A DNA stretch of 64,000 bases from Thermoanaerobaculia bacterium. Its GTDB lineage: Bacteria; Acidobacteriota; Thermoanaerobaculia; Multivoradales; Multivoraceae. The number at the start of each line of letters is the position of its first letter. Positions within the stretch are counted from its first letter, which is position 1. Made by a program: the position numbers and the translations under genes. The notes beneath the pieces were generated by a model that saw nothing but the letters and a program-made list of their open reading frames with translations, was not told the origin of the DNA and made no database searches. The stretch is taken from NCBI GenBank assembly GCA_963664405.1, contig OY761158.1, positions 5,504,001-5,568,000 of the forward strand. The letters run 5' to 3'. Below, one piece after another: positions 48,591-58,021 of the stretch.

Positions 48591-49400
48591 ATGAGAAATC
48601 GAGAATTGAGAGTTGGTCTTTTGGGAGCGCTAGTGCTGTTGGTGCTTGGCGGTTGTGCGAGCACGGGCGGTGGCGCTGACATCAGCGCTGACGCCCCGGC
48701 GGCCGCGCCGAAGGTCGACGTCAAGAACGAGGTAGGCGAGAACGGTCTACTGACCCCGGCGGCGATCGTCGCCCGTACGGTCGAAGCAATGGGGGGCGAA
48801 GCCGCGCTCCGCGCGCACAGCTCGTCAACCAGCAAGGGGAAGATGATCATCGCCGCCATGGGTATGGAGGGGGATCTGACCCTGCACGCCGCCGCGCCCG
48901 ACAAGATGATCATGGTCATCGATACCCCGATGGGGTCGGTGAATACGGGCTACAACGGCGAAGTGGGCTGGTCGGACAACCCGATGACCGGCTCCTCGGT
49001 GCTCGAGGGCTCACCGCTGACGCAGATGAAGCAGCAGGCCAGCTTTTATGGGCCTCTCGACTACGATGAGCACTATCCCAGCCAGGAGACCACCGAGGAG
49101 GTGGACTTCAACGGCGAGATGGCCTACAAGGTGCGAATGGTGGACGTCGATGACAACGAGAGCTTCTTATACTTCTCGAAGGAGTCGGCGCTGTTGATCG
49201 GCATTCAGGCGACCCGGGAAGAGGGGGAGTCGACGGTACGCCTCTCGAAGTACATGGACTTCGGTGGCACCAAGATGGCGACCGTTACCACCCTCGAAGT
49301 CCAGGGGATGGAGATTCAGAATGTCATCGAGACGGTGACCTTCGACGATGTCGAGGATGGAGCGTTCGAGCCGCCGGATTCGATCAAGTCGCAACTCTAG
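48591..49400 (+). CDS. Lipoprotein, LolA-like/DUF620-type fold (inferred)
   Basis: Lipobox LGGC; ARTVEAMGG, GYNGEVGW, FEPP C-terminus. Confidence 0.6.
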   Translation: MRNRELRVGLLGALVLLVLGGCASTGGGADISADAPAAAPKVDVKNEVGENGLLTPAAIVARTVEAMGGEAALRAHSSSTSKGKMIIAAMGMEGDLTLHAAAPDKMIMVIDTPMGSVNTGYNGEVGWSDNPMTGSSVLEGSPLTQMKQQASFYGPLDYDEHYPSQETTEEVDFNGEMAYKVRMVDVDDNESFLYFSKESALLIGIQATREEGESTVRLSKYMDFGGTKMATVTTLEVQGMEIQNVIETVTFDDVEDGAFEPPDSIKSQL

Positions 49401-49416
49401 TCAGAGAGTCGGCTCG

Positions 49417-51147
49417 ATGTCGATGCGCGGGGCCATCGTCTCACTCTTGATGGTCCCCGGGGCGGCGTTGTGCGCAGAAGAACCGCTGGATTGGGAGATG
49501 GTGAATCGGATCCGCGAGGAGGGTCTTCACCGCTCCCAGGTGTTGGATACTCTGGAGATCCTCACCGACGTCATCGGTCCGCGTCTCACCGGTTCGCCGG
49601 CGCTGAAGGAGGCCAACGAGTGGACTCGGGACAAGCTCGAGGAGTGGGGGCTCGAGCGCTCCCGTGTCGAGTCGTGGGGCCGATTCGGCCGAGGTTGGAG
49701 CTTCAGCCGGGCGGCGGTTCATATGCTCGAGCCGCGCGCAACGCCGCTTTCTGCGCTGCCCCTGGCGTGGACGCCCGGGACGGAGGGAGCCGTTCGTGGC
49801 GAGGTCCGGCGAGTCACTCTCGACGATGAGCAGGATCTCGAAGAACACAAGGGTAAGCTGGGGGGCCAGATCCTTTTTCTCGATAAGCCCCGCGATCCGG
49901 TAGTCGATGGGGACGGGGCGTTTTCCCGATACACCTCGGATCAGCTCGAAGCTCTCGAACAGTATCCGGTGCCTGGAGAGCCGCGCGGCGTCCAGGCCCG
50001 CCGCCGACGGATGGAGAGGGCGAAGTTCAGGAGGAAGCGCAACAGCTTTCTTGCTGGTGAGGGGGTTGTGGCGACGGTCGAGATCAGTGGGCGAGATGCT
50101 GGAATCGTGAGGGTCGGCTCGGGGGGATCGCGCGAGCCAGGGGAGAGCACCGGTGTTACCGGGTTGGTTCTGGCGGCTGAGCACTACAACTGGGTGTCTC
50201 GCTTGCTGGAGCGCGGTGTGAAAGTGGAGCTCGAAGCCGATGTAGCTGCCCGCTTTCACGACGACGATCTCGATGCCTACAACACGATGGCGGAGATGCC
50301 TGGCAGCGATCTCGCGGACGAGGTCGTGATGGTCGGTGCCCATCTCGATTCCTGGCACGCGGCGGCGGGCGCCAACGACAATGGCGCCGGCTGTGCGGTG
50401 GTCATGGAGGCGGTTCGAATACTTCGCGTTCTGGGCGCCGAGCCGAGGCGCACGATCAGAATCGTGCTGTGGAGCGGCGAAGAGCAGGGGTTGTTAGGCT
50501 CTAGAGCCTACGTGGCAGAGCATTTTGCTACGCGTCCCGAGCCCGAGAAAGAGGAGGATCGAAAGACGCCCAGTCGGTATCGGACGCCTACTTGGCCCCT
50601 AGAGCTGAAGCCTGGCCATTCCAAGCTCGCTGCCTACTTCAATGTCGACAATGGTAGTGGGAGGATTCGGGGCATCTACACGCAGGGAAATGCGGCGGTG
50701 GTGCCGATCTTCGAGCGTTGGCTCGAGCCTTTCAACGACTTGGGCGCGGACACCGTGACCAATCGCGACACAGGCGGCACCGATCATCTACCCTTCGACG
50801 ACGTCGGCCTTCCCGCTTTTCAGTTTGTTCAGGACCGACTCGACTACAGCAGCCGTACCCACCACACCCATCTCGATCACTTCGACCACGCTGTGGGCAA
50901 GGACTTGAAACAGGCTTCTGTGATTCTTGCTTCTTTCCTCTACCACGCGGCGATGCGAGACGAGCGCCTCCCGCGCGAACCTCTCCCCCGGGCGCCCGCC
51001 AGGCGAAGTAGTGGCCCGCTAACCGACGCGGACGCTAGCCCCGCCGTCGACGGGAAGGGCGACGCCGGTGATGAAGCGGGCTTCTTCGGAGACCAGGAAG
51101 AGAGCGGCGTTGGCGACGTCCCAGGCGGTGCCCATCTTGCCCCCTAA
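49417..51147 (+). CDS. M28 family metallopeptidase
   Basis: IGPRLTGSP, VGAHLDSW, ANDNG, SGEEQGLLGS, GTDH, THHT; 3' end overlaps the convergent SDR and is uncertain. Confidence 0.88.
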   Translation: MSMRGAIVSLLMVPGAALCAEEPLDWEMVNRIREEGLHRSQVLDTLEILTDVIGPRLTGSPALKEANEWTRDKLEEWGLERSRVESWGRFGRGWSFSRAAVHMLEPRATPLSALPLAWTPGTEGAVRGEVRRVTLDDEQDLEEHKGKLGGQILFLDKPRDPVVDGDGAFSRYTSDQLEALEQYPVPGEPRGVQARRRRMERAKFRRKRNSFLAGEGVVATVEISGRDAGIVRVGSGGSREPGESTGVTGLVLAAEHYNWVSRLLERGVKVELEADVAARFHDDDLDAYNTMAEMPGSDLADEVVMVGAHLDSWHAAAGANDNGAGCAVVMEAVRILRVLGAEPRRTIRIVLWSGEEQGLLGSRAYVAEHFATRPEPEKEEDRKTPSRYRTPTWPLELKPGHSKLAAYFNVDNGSGRIRGIYTQGNAAVVPIFERWLEPFNDLGADTVTNRDTGGTDHLPFDDVGLPAFQFVQDRLDYSSRTHHTHLDHFDHAVGKDLKQASVILASFLYHAAMRDERLPREPLPRAPARRSSGPLTDADASPAVDGKGDAGDEAGFFGDQEESGVGDVPGGAHLAP

Positions 51148-51819
51148 TAGTACCCGGCGGTCGCGCTCGTCGATGACCTCCTCGCGAGACTTACCGGTAG
51201 TAGCTACCCGAGCTTCGATCGCCATCGGCGTATTCATCAGTCCTGGAAGAATGACGTTGGCGCGGATGCCGTAGCTGGCGTTTTGGACGGCCAATTGCTC
51301 GGTGAGCGCGATGACTCCGGCCTTCGTCGTCTTGTAGCCGACGAGTGGGTAAGCTGCCCACGCTGCCATTGACGAGATGTTGACGATGGCGCCGGCCTGC
51401 TGTTGGCGCATCAGCGGCAGAGCGTGCTTGCAAGTGAAGACCATGCCGCGCAGATTCACCGCGACGAGATGGTCGAAGGCCTCCGCGGTGATGTCGGTGA
51501 TGGGTGCGTCGCCGCCGGTGATACTGATGCCGACATTGTTGTGGAGGATGTCGAGGCGGCTCCAGCGGGCGGCACAGGCGTTGATCGCGGTGCTGACGGC
51601 GTCTTCGTCTGTGACGTCGGCCTCGAGTGCGAGAGCCTCACCGCCTTCGCTGCGAATCATCTCGCAGGTTTCTTGTGCCGAGCTCAGCGAGCGGTCCACG
51701 GCCGCGACCCTGGCGCCTTCGCGGGCGAAGAGAATGGCTGTGGCGCGCCCGTTGCCCACCGTCTCGCCGGGCGTTTGACCGGCACCGACGACCATCGCTA
51801 CTTTGCCTTCGAGTCTCAC
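51019..51819 (-). CDS. SDR family oxidoreductase
   Basis: LHNNVG, NISS, YKTTK, ILPGLMNTP, LPVDGG. Confidence 0.88.
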   Translation of the reverse strand: MRLEGKVAMVVGAGQTPGETVGNGRATAILFAREGARVAAVDRSLSSAQETCEMIRSEGGEALALEADVTDEDAVSTAINACAARWSRLDILHNNVGISITGGDAPITDITAEAFDHLVAVNLRGMVFTCKHALPLMRQQQAGAIVNISSMAAWAAYPLVGYKTTKAGVIALTEQLAVQNASYGIRANVILPGLMNTPMAIEARVATTGKSREEVIDERDRRVLLGGKMGTAWDVANAALFLVSEEARFITGVALPVDGGASVRVG

Positions 51820-51952
51820 CTTGGTCCTGTTTGCCCTTCGGGTGTCGCTTCGAGATCAGATGCTACACGACGGGTGACATAGAATCAGGCCCATTGAAGG
51901 TCGCCCGGCTCGCCTCACCCGGGTGCGATGGCTTCCCCTCTAGGGTTTTCGC

Positions 51953-52795
51953 ATGCGCTCACTCCGGCTTGTCGGCCTCGTGCTCCCGCTGGTATTAGTG
52001 CTGCCTATGGCCGCCAGGGGAGAGGATGACCTCCTTCTCGCGACGACTACGAGTGTGAATGACTCGGGGCTCTTGGATTTCTTGATTCCCTTGTTCGAGG
52101 AGGAGACCGGTATCGTAGTGCGTCCGGTGGTGGTGGGCTCGGGTGCGGCACTGCGCATGGGCGCTCTGGGCAATGTGGACGCGGTGGTGACGCACGCTCC
52201 ACCGGCTGAGATGGAATTGGTGGCAAGTGGCGCGGCCGCCTCGAGGCTTCCATTCATGGTGAATTGGTTTGTCATCGCCGGCCCAGAGGAGGATCCGGTC
52301 GGGGTTTCCGAGGCTTCTTCGGTGATCGAGGCGGTTCATCTCATCCGGCGCGCTGAGGGGTTGTGGGTCAGCCGTGGCGACGACTCCGGCACCCACCGAC
52401 GGGAGCGGGCTCTTCTGGCCGAGGCCGGGTTGGAAGAGAACGGTGACTGGCCTGGCTTCATTAGTACCGGGTCGGGGATGGGGTTGTCGCTCCAGGTGGC
52501 GGGTGAGCGGGGAGCGTACGTCTTGGCGGACGTCGGCACTTTTCTCGCCTTTCGCGAGCGCACGGGTTTGCGCGCGCTCTATCAGCGCGAGGAAGCGCTT
52601 CTGCGCAACGAGTATTCGCTTCTCAGAGTGAGCTCAGATCGCTTTCCGAAGGTTCAAGCTTCCGCGGCCGCGGCGTTCGAGAATTTTCTCTGCAGCCGAG
52701 ATACTCAGCGAAGGCTAGCCACTTTCGGAGTCGAGCGATTCGGGCGACCGCTCTTCCGTCCGCTCCATCCGGAAAGCTGCGCGAGGGGGCGATGA
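51953..52795 (+). CDS. tupA: Tungstate ABC transporter substrate-binding protein
   Basis: ATTTS tungstate-binding signature, DSGLL, GSGAAL, SRGDDSGTH. Confidence 0.88.
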   Translation: MRSLRLVGLVLPLVLVLPMAARGEDDLLLATTTSVNDSGLLDFLIPLFEEETGIVVRPVVVGSGAALRMGALGNVDAVVTHAPPAEMELVASGAAASRLPFMVNWFVIAGPEEDPVGVSEASSVIEAVHLIRRAEGLWVSRGDDSGTHRRERALLAEAGLEENGDWPGFISTGSGMGLSLQVAGERGAYVLADVGTFLAFRERTGLRALYQREEALLRNEYSLLRVSSDRFPKVQASAAAAFENFLCSRDTQRRLATFGVERFGRPLFRPLHPESCARGR

Positions 52796-53445
52796 GCTCT
52801 CCGGATCTCCCGCTCATCGTGGAGATCTCCATACGGACGCTGGGTGTTTGTTTCAGCGCGCTGGCGGTGGCGTTGTTGATCGGTGTTCCTCTTGGCATAT
52901 GGCTGGGCTCGCGACGTTTTCGGGGGCGAAGGTTAGTCATTAGCGTTGTGAACTCTGGGATGGGGGCGCCGCCGGTGGTCGTGGGCTTGGCGGTTGCCCT
53001 GCTGCTCTGGCGTAACCAGCCGCTGGGTTTCCTCGGGTTGATGTACACGGTTCCCGGGATGATGATCGCTCAGACTCTGATCGCGTTACCGCTTGTCGTC
53101 GGCATCACCTTGGCGGCGGTGGGGGCGCTCGGCGAAAGCTGGGATTTGCAAGTGCGTACGCTTGGGGTTCCTAGGGCTTGGCGACTGGCACTGTTGGTGC
53201 GAGAGATAAGGCTGGGTCTCTTGGCCGCAGTCATCGCAGCACTTGGAGCCATACTTTCGGAAGTGGGTGCGGTGATGATGGTCGGCGGCAATATCGCCGG
53301 CGAGACGCGAGTGTTGACGACGGCGATCATGATGTACACCCAGATGGGAGATCTTGGAACTGCCATGGGTTTATCCGCGGTGTTGATCGGACTGATGCTC
53401 TTGTTGTCGGGTCTTCTCACGGTGGTGCAGCAGGGCGAAAGGTGA
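52792..53445 (+). CDS. tupB: Tungstate ABC transporter permease
   Basis: PPVVVGL, SEVGAVMMVGGNI, TRVLTTAI. Confidence 0.88.
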   Translation: MSSPDLPLIVEISIRTLGVCFSALAVALLIGVPLGIWLGSRRFRGRRLVISVVNSGMGAPPVVVGLAVALLLWRNQPLGFLGLMYTVPGMMIAQTLIALPLVVGITLAAVGALGESWDLQVRTLGVPRAWRLALLVREIRLGLLAAVIAALGAILSEVGAVMMVGGNIAGETRVLTTAIMMYTQMGDLGTAMGLSAVLIGLMLLLSGLLTVVQQGER

Positions 53446-54521
53446 TGGATCGAGCTCCGGTATTACGGGCTCGTGATCTACGGGTCGAGCGTCCATCGCG
53501 GAGTGGTGGATTCGAGCTCGTCGTCGACAGCCTCGACCTGTTTGGTGGGGAGGCGATCGCCATTCTCGGTGCGAACGGCTCCGGTAAGACGACTCTGTTG
53601 ATGGCGTTGGCAGGCTTGATGGATCTCCGCAGTGGCACCTCGAGTAGCTCGCAGGGCAGTGGACAGGTGACGATGGTGTTCCAGCATGCCCTTGCCTTTG
53701 CCGGCACGGTGGAGCACAACTTGCGCGTGGGGTTGTTGGGAAGAGGACTTGATCGTAGCGACGAGGACGCTCGGGTGGAATCAGCCTTAGAGGGGCTCGG
53801 TATAGTCCATCTGCGCTCGCGGTCGGCGAAGCGTCTCTCCGGCGGAGAGCTGAGACGTCTTGCCTTAGCGAGGGCGATGGTTCTTCGTCCAACCGTACTG
53901 TTGTTGGACGAGCCCTTCGACGATCTCGACCCCTCGGGGCAGGAGCTTCTCTCCCGCGACCTGCTCCGATTGGTCAAGGACACGGGTATCGCCTTGGCCC
54001 TTGTGACTCACGATCTTCGCCGGGCGGCGCTTGTAGCGAGCCGCCTTGCCGTTCTCGGCGGTGGAAGGTTGCTTCAGGTTGGGAAGGTGGTAGAAGTCTT
54101 GTCTCATCCTGTCGACCGAGACGTCGCTGCCTTGGTAGGAATGATCAACATTCTCCCAGGAGTGATCGTGAGAGGAGAGGGTCGTGTCGCCGTCGAGATC
54201 GAGGGAGGGGGCCGACTCCAGGTCGCGACCGATCTCCCGCAGGGAAGCGCGGTCAGTGTTGGCTTCCGCCCAGAGCGCTTAAAGCTCGAGCCCGAGCAGG
54301 GCGCGCTGGCCTCATCGATTGGCGAAGCCCACGTAGTCGGGCTGACGACCGATTCAATCCTGACCCGGGTCACCCTTGAGTGGATGGGCCGAGAACTATT
54401 CACCCATCTTCTCTACGGTCGGGGTCGCCAACTAGCGATTGGCGATCGAGTGGCCCTCTCGATCCAGTCCCGCGACCTCCACCTGATGGGTATCCCCAAG
54501 AAAGTGTCACCCTCCATCTAG
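53445..54521 (+). CDS. tupC: Tungstate ABC transporter ATPase with TOBE-like C-terminus
   Basis: GANGSGKT, LSGGE, LLLDEP, VTHD; coupled to tupB. Confidence 0.8.
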   Translation: MDRAPVLRARDLRVERPSRSGGFELVVDSLDLFGGEAIAILGANGSGKTTLLMALAGLMDLRSGTSSSSQGSGQVTMVFQHALAFAGTVEHNLRVGLLGRGLDRSDEDARVESALEGLGIVHLRSRSAKRLSGGELRRLALARAMVLRPTVLLLDEPFDDLDPSGQELLSRDLLRLVKDTGIALALVTHDLRRAALVASRLAVLGGGRLLQVGKVVEVLSHPVDRDVAALVGMINILPGVIVRGEGRVAVEIEGGGRLQVATDLPQGSAVSVGFRPERLKLEPEQGALASSIGEAHVVGLTTDSILTRVTLEWMGRELFTHLLYGRGRQLAIGDRVALSIQSRDLHLMGIPKKVSPSI

Positions 54522-54755
54522 CGAGACCACCCGGGGGGCCGCCTAGAAGTCTCTGACGAGGAGAGTTCGACAACTTTCTCCGGGGAAATTGATGGGGAAG
54601 TGACGCGCTCGACGCGGTTGACCCTCCTTTGACTCCCGACGAGCTCCGATCGGGCTCTTCGCACGCCCAAACCGCCCTCCCCGCTCGCACCTCTACCTTG
54701 TAGCCGATCGCTGGTGGCCACTCTCTTACGGTTGGTCTGCCATTGGGACCGCCGC

Positions 54756-55691
54756 CTAGGGTCCGGCGCGAACCTCAGGAACGTAGGGCAGGTGGGGAGG
54801 GAAACACCCCGGTGGGAAAGCTACCTCAAGCGCCCCTTCTTTGAGCTTCTCCGCGCACTCACGATACGAATTCACGAACGCTTTGTATTCCTCTCGAAGC
54901 TTCCTGAACGCCGCTCCCGTGACTGCGTGAAAGGACGGCGCCGGCGATCGATCGAGCTCTTTGGGCTGGAAGTCCGGCACCTGCATGAGGATCCGCCTCG
55001 GTCCCGTCGGTGGCCTCCCTGTCTCCCTCTGGAGCTCGCGGCCCGTCTGCTCGCACTCGCGGAGGAGTTGCTCGATGAGCTCCAGTCTCGGCCTTCTCCT
55101 CCAATCTGCAAGACGGGGAACGTGACTCAATAGGATCGTCTCCTCGATGAGGAACTCCTCTGGTGTCAATACTTTGCCTGCTCGCCGAGCCTTGCCCTCC
55201 GCGGTCTGGTCGTGCCATATGCCGCCCGTCAGTTCTGGGTAGCCTCGTCGAATCTCGCCCACGCAGTGAACTCCTGGCCAGTCCCAGGAGTGGCGCACCA
55301 GACCCTCTTTTGGACCTTGAGAGAAGAGATACTTCAGGCGACCGATCTGCGCTTCGAGCTCGTCGGAGATGATGATGTGCTGGTAGCGCCGTTCCCAGAG
55401 CTTGCCCCGCCAACCCTGGAGGGGACCCACCTTGCGAGCGATGTTCCCGTTGACGAATCCCATGAACTCGCTGAGCTGTTTCGTACTCTCGGGGACCAGG
55501 AGCATGTGGGCGTGATTGGACATGAAGGCGAGGCCACAGATGTCGATTCCGGTACGTCTCTGACCGCGACCGATGACGCCTTTTATGGTCCGGTTAACCT
55601 CGGGCGAAGGGTGGAGGAGGTGGCGACCCTGAAACGTGCGCGTGGTGACCTCTACAAGACGATTTCTTACGCATCCTCGGATTCTTCGCAC
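54756..55691 (-). mobile_element. HUH Y1 transposase (IS200-like/REP-associated tyrosine transposase type)
   Basis: VEVTTRT, MSNHAHMLL (HUH), LWERRY, KYLFSQGPKEGLV..WDWPG; probable GTG start 55691 downstream of AGGAGG. Confidence 0.78.
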
Positions 55692-55956
55692 CTTTATCCA
55701 GGTCCTCCTGCAAATAAAGGACGTCATTTGCGAGAAAAACCTTGCCGGTCTCTGTCGACGAAGCGAGTTGACCCTCTCGCCAGGCTGCTGAGAGGCTGGT
55801 GGGTGGCACCGGTCTCGCGAAAGGGGCATTCTTGGGCTCCGCGTGAGTTGGTGGGTGGTACCGCTCTGACTAGAACAGTGGGGTTGTGAGCGGTTGGTTT
55901 CCGGGATGCTCTGAAGTAGACTGCTGCGACTGGTCGGAGAGTTCAGAGCACCGTCG

Positions 55957-56226
55957 ATGCCGGTAGTTATCGTCCCACCACCCCTGCAAGGACCGACCGC
56001 CGGTGTCGGACGAGTGGAGGTTGCCGCCGAAACGGTCAGAGGCACGCTGGAGAGAATGGAAGGCGACTATCCAGGCTTCGGCGAGCTGGTCTTGGAGGCG
56101 AACGGCGAGCTGAGTAGCTTCGTCAAGATCTTTCGTAACGGTGAACAGGTGGACCCAGGGAGCCTCGACCAAGAGGTCGCGGCCGCCGATGAGCTTGAAG
56201 TAGTAACTGCGATCGCGGGCGGCTGA
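55957..56226 (+). CDS. moaD: MoaD/ThiS family sulfur-carrier protein
   Basis: Ubiquitin-like size, IFRNGE, C-terminal IAGG. Confidence 0.82.
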   Translation: MPVVIVPPPLQGPTAGVGRVEVAAETVRGTLERMEGDYPGFGELVLEANGELSSFVKIFRNGEQVDPGSLDQEVAAADELEVVTAIAGG

Positions 56227-56263
56227 CCCGTTCGTCCCATTTGTTGGCACAAGAGGAGCGACC

Positions 56264-57991
56264 ATGAGCGAGAAACAGGAACGCCTTATCCGCGTCGATA
56301 TGAGCGAACAAACGGTCTCTATCGAGGACTTCCCTGAAGAGTGGAAGCTTCTGGGCGGCAGGGCCCTCTCTGCCAAGATCCTGCTCAAGGAATGTGACCC
56401 CACCTGTGATCCTCTTGGGCCCGACAACGTTCTCGTCTTCGCTCCTGGCGTCCTCGCTGGAAGCGCCGCGCCAACTTCCGGCCGGCTGTCGGTGGGTGCC
56501 AAGAGCCCTCTGACGAACGGGATCAAGGAAGCCAATACCGGCGGCAACCCCGGCCAGGACATCACCAAGGCCGGGTACCGCGCGATCATCGTTACCGGTA
56601 AACCTACGGAAGCCGACAAGCTCTATGGCCTCGAGGTGAGCCCCGATGGCGCGCGATTGGTTGACGCCGATGACCTCAAGGGACTCTGGAACTATGCCAC
56701 CTGCGAGCAGCTCGCGGAACGCTATTCGGCGAAGACTTCTTTCCTCAGCCTCGGTCCCGCCGGGGAGATGATGATGCGCGGCTCTTCGGTCGCCGCCACC
56801 GATCAGGACAACCGCTACCCGACCCGTCACGCGGCTCGCGGCGGTCTCGGTGCCGTCATGGGCTCGAAAGGACTGAAGTTCATCTCCTGCGATTACGGCG
56901 GGCAGGGCGTGCGAGCCCCCGTCAACGCAGAGGGCTTCAGCACACTGTGCAAGAAGTACACGCGGGACTACCTCGACGGCGATCAGATCTTCAAGTACGG
57001 CACAAGCTCTGTCGTGCCCCTGGCGAACAAGCTCAACACCTTCCCCCACAAGAACCGAGTGGAAGGGCAGTCACCGGATGTGAAGGGGCTGGACGGCGCT
57101 CGCATCGTCGAGGATTTCGAGACCAACGGCGGCAGGATGCACAACTGCCTCACCGGTTGTGTGGTGCGCTGCTCGAACATCGTCCACGATGAGGAGGGGA
57201 ACTACAAGACCTCTGCTCTGGAGTTCGAAACTCTGACTCTGCTCGGGTCCAATATCGCGATGAAGGACTATCAGCAGGTCGCGACCTTCGACCGCTTGTG
57301 CGACGAGCTCGGCCTGGACACGATCGAGGCCGGTGCCGCGATCGGAGTGCTGATGGATTCGGGAGCGCTCGAGTTCGGCGACTATGAGGGCACCAAGGAG
57401 CTCTTCGAGAAGGAGATCGCAGAGGGAACGGAGCTCGGCAGAGCCGTCGGGAACGGCGCGGTGGCGGTGGGTGAGCACACCGGGCATCATCGGGTGCCGA
57501 CCGTGCGCGGACAGGCGATCCCGGCCTGGGATCCGCGACCGCTCAAGGCGACCGGTGTCACCTACGCCACCAGCCCGATGGGCGCCGATCACACCGCCGG
57601 CCTGATCATCAACCCCGGCCTTCCCGCTGAAAAGTACGCGCAGGCGTCCCAGGAATCGCAGCTGGTCAACGCCGTCTGTGACGCGTCAGGCTTCTGCCAG
57701 TTCATGCAGCCTTCCCTCGATGACATCCGCGAGTTCTACACTCATTTTACGGGGGTAGAGGTCAGTCGAGAGGCGATCGCCGACCAGGGCTGGCAGTGTC
57801 TCACTGACGAATGGGCTTTCAACAGTGCCGCCGGCTGGAAGGACGAAGACAACGATCTGCCCGACTGCATGAAGCAAGATGCGATCGGACCTGGAAATGC
57901 CGTTTTCGATGTACCGCTCGAGATCATCAACGACGCCAAGGTGCGCAAAGAGCCGCGAGAGAAGCTCTTCCTCGCGAAGGCCACTGGCTAG
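56264..57991 (+). CDS. aor: Tungsten-containing aldehyde:ferredoxin oxidoreductase family protein
   Basis: KSPLTNGIKEANTGG, ARGGLGAVMGSKGLK, CLTGCVVRC, CDELGLDTIE, MGADHT. Confidence 0.88.
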   Translation: MSEKQERLIRVDMSEQTVSIEDFPEEWKLLGGRALSAKILLKECDPTCDPLGPDNVLVFAPGVLAGSAAPTSGRLSVGAKSPLTNGIKEANTGGNPGQDITKAGYRAIIVTGKPTEADKLYGLEVSPDGARLVDADDLKGLWNYATCEQLAERYSAKTSFLSLGPAGEMMMRGSSVAATDQDNRYPTRHAARGGLGAVMGSKGLKFISCDYGGQGVRAPVNAEGFSTLCKKYTRDYLDGDQIFKYGTSSVVPLANKLNTFPHKNRVEGQSPDVKGLDGARIVEDFETNGGRMHNCLTGCVVRCSNIVHDEEGNYKTSALEFETLTLLGSNIAMKDYQQVATFDRLCDELGLDTIEAGAAIGVLMDSGALEFGDYEGTKELFEKEIAEGTELGRAVGNGAVAVGEHTGHHRVPTVRGQAIPAWDPRPLKATGVTYATSPMGADHTAGLIINPGLPAEKYAQASQESQLVNAVCDASGFCQFMQPSLDDIREFYTHFTGVEVSREAIADQGWQCLTDEWAFNSAAGWKDEDNDLPDCMKQDAIGPGNAVFDVPLEIINDAKVRKEPREKLFLAKATG

Positions 57992-58021
57992 CTCCCTTCT
58001 GCGCTCTTCGAGGGGCGCCCG

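Noticed and set aside
54756-55691. The HUH transposase as mobiliser of the CTAG elements
   Set aside because: HUH Y1 enzymes do not use terminal inverted repeats or make target duplications, and no element copy flanks this gene. A DDE transposase elsewhere is more likely.
55900-55956. TGCTCTGAA/TTCAGAGCA inverted repeat before moaD as a Moco/Wco riboswitch
   Set aside because: It is a single 9-bp stem without the multi-stem Moco consensus, so support is insufficient.
55692-56045. N-terminal 118 aa of ORF 54756..56045
   Set aside because: Non-protein-like and overlaps moaD on the other strand. The transposase-like sequence starts at about 55691.
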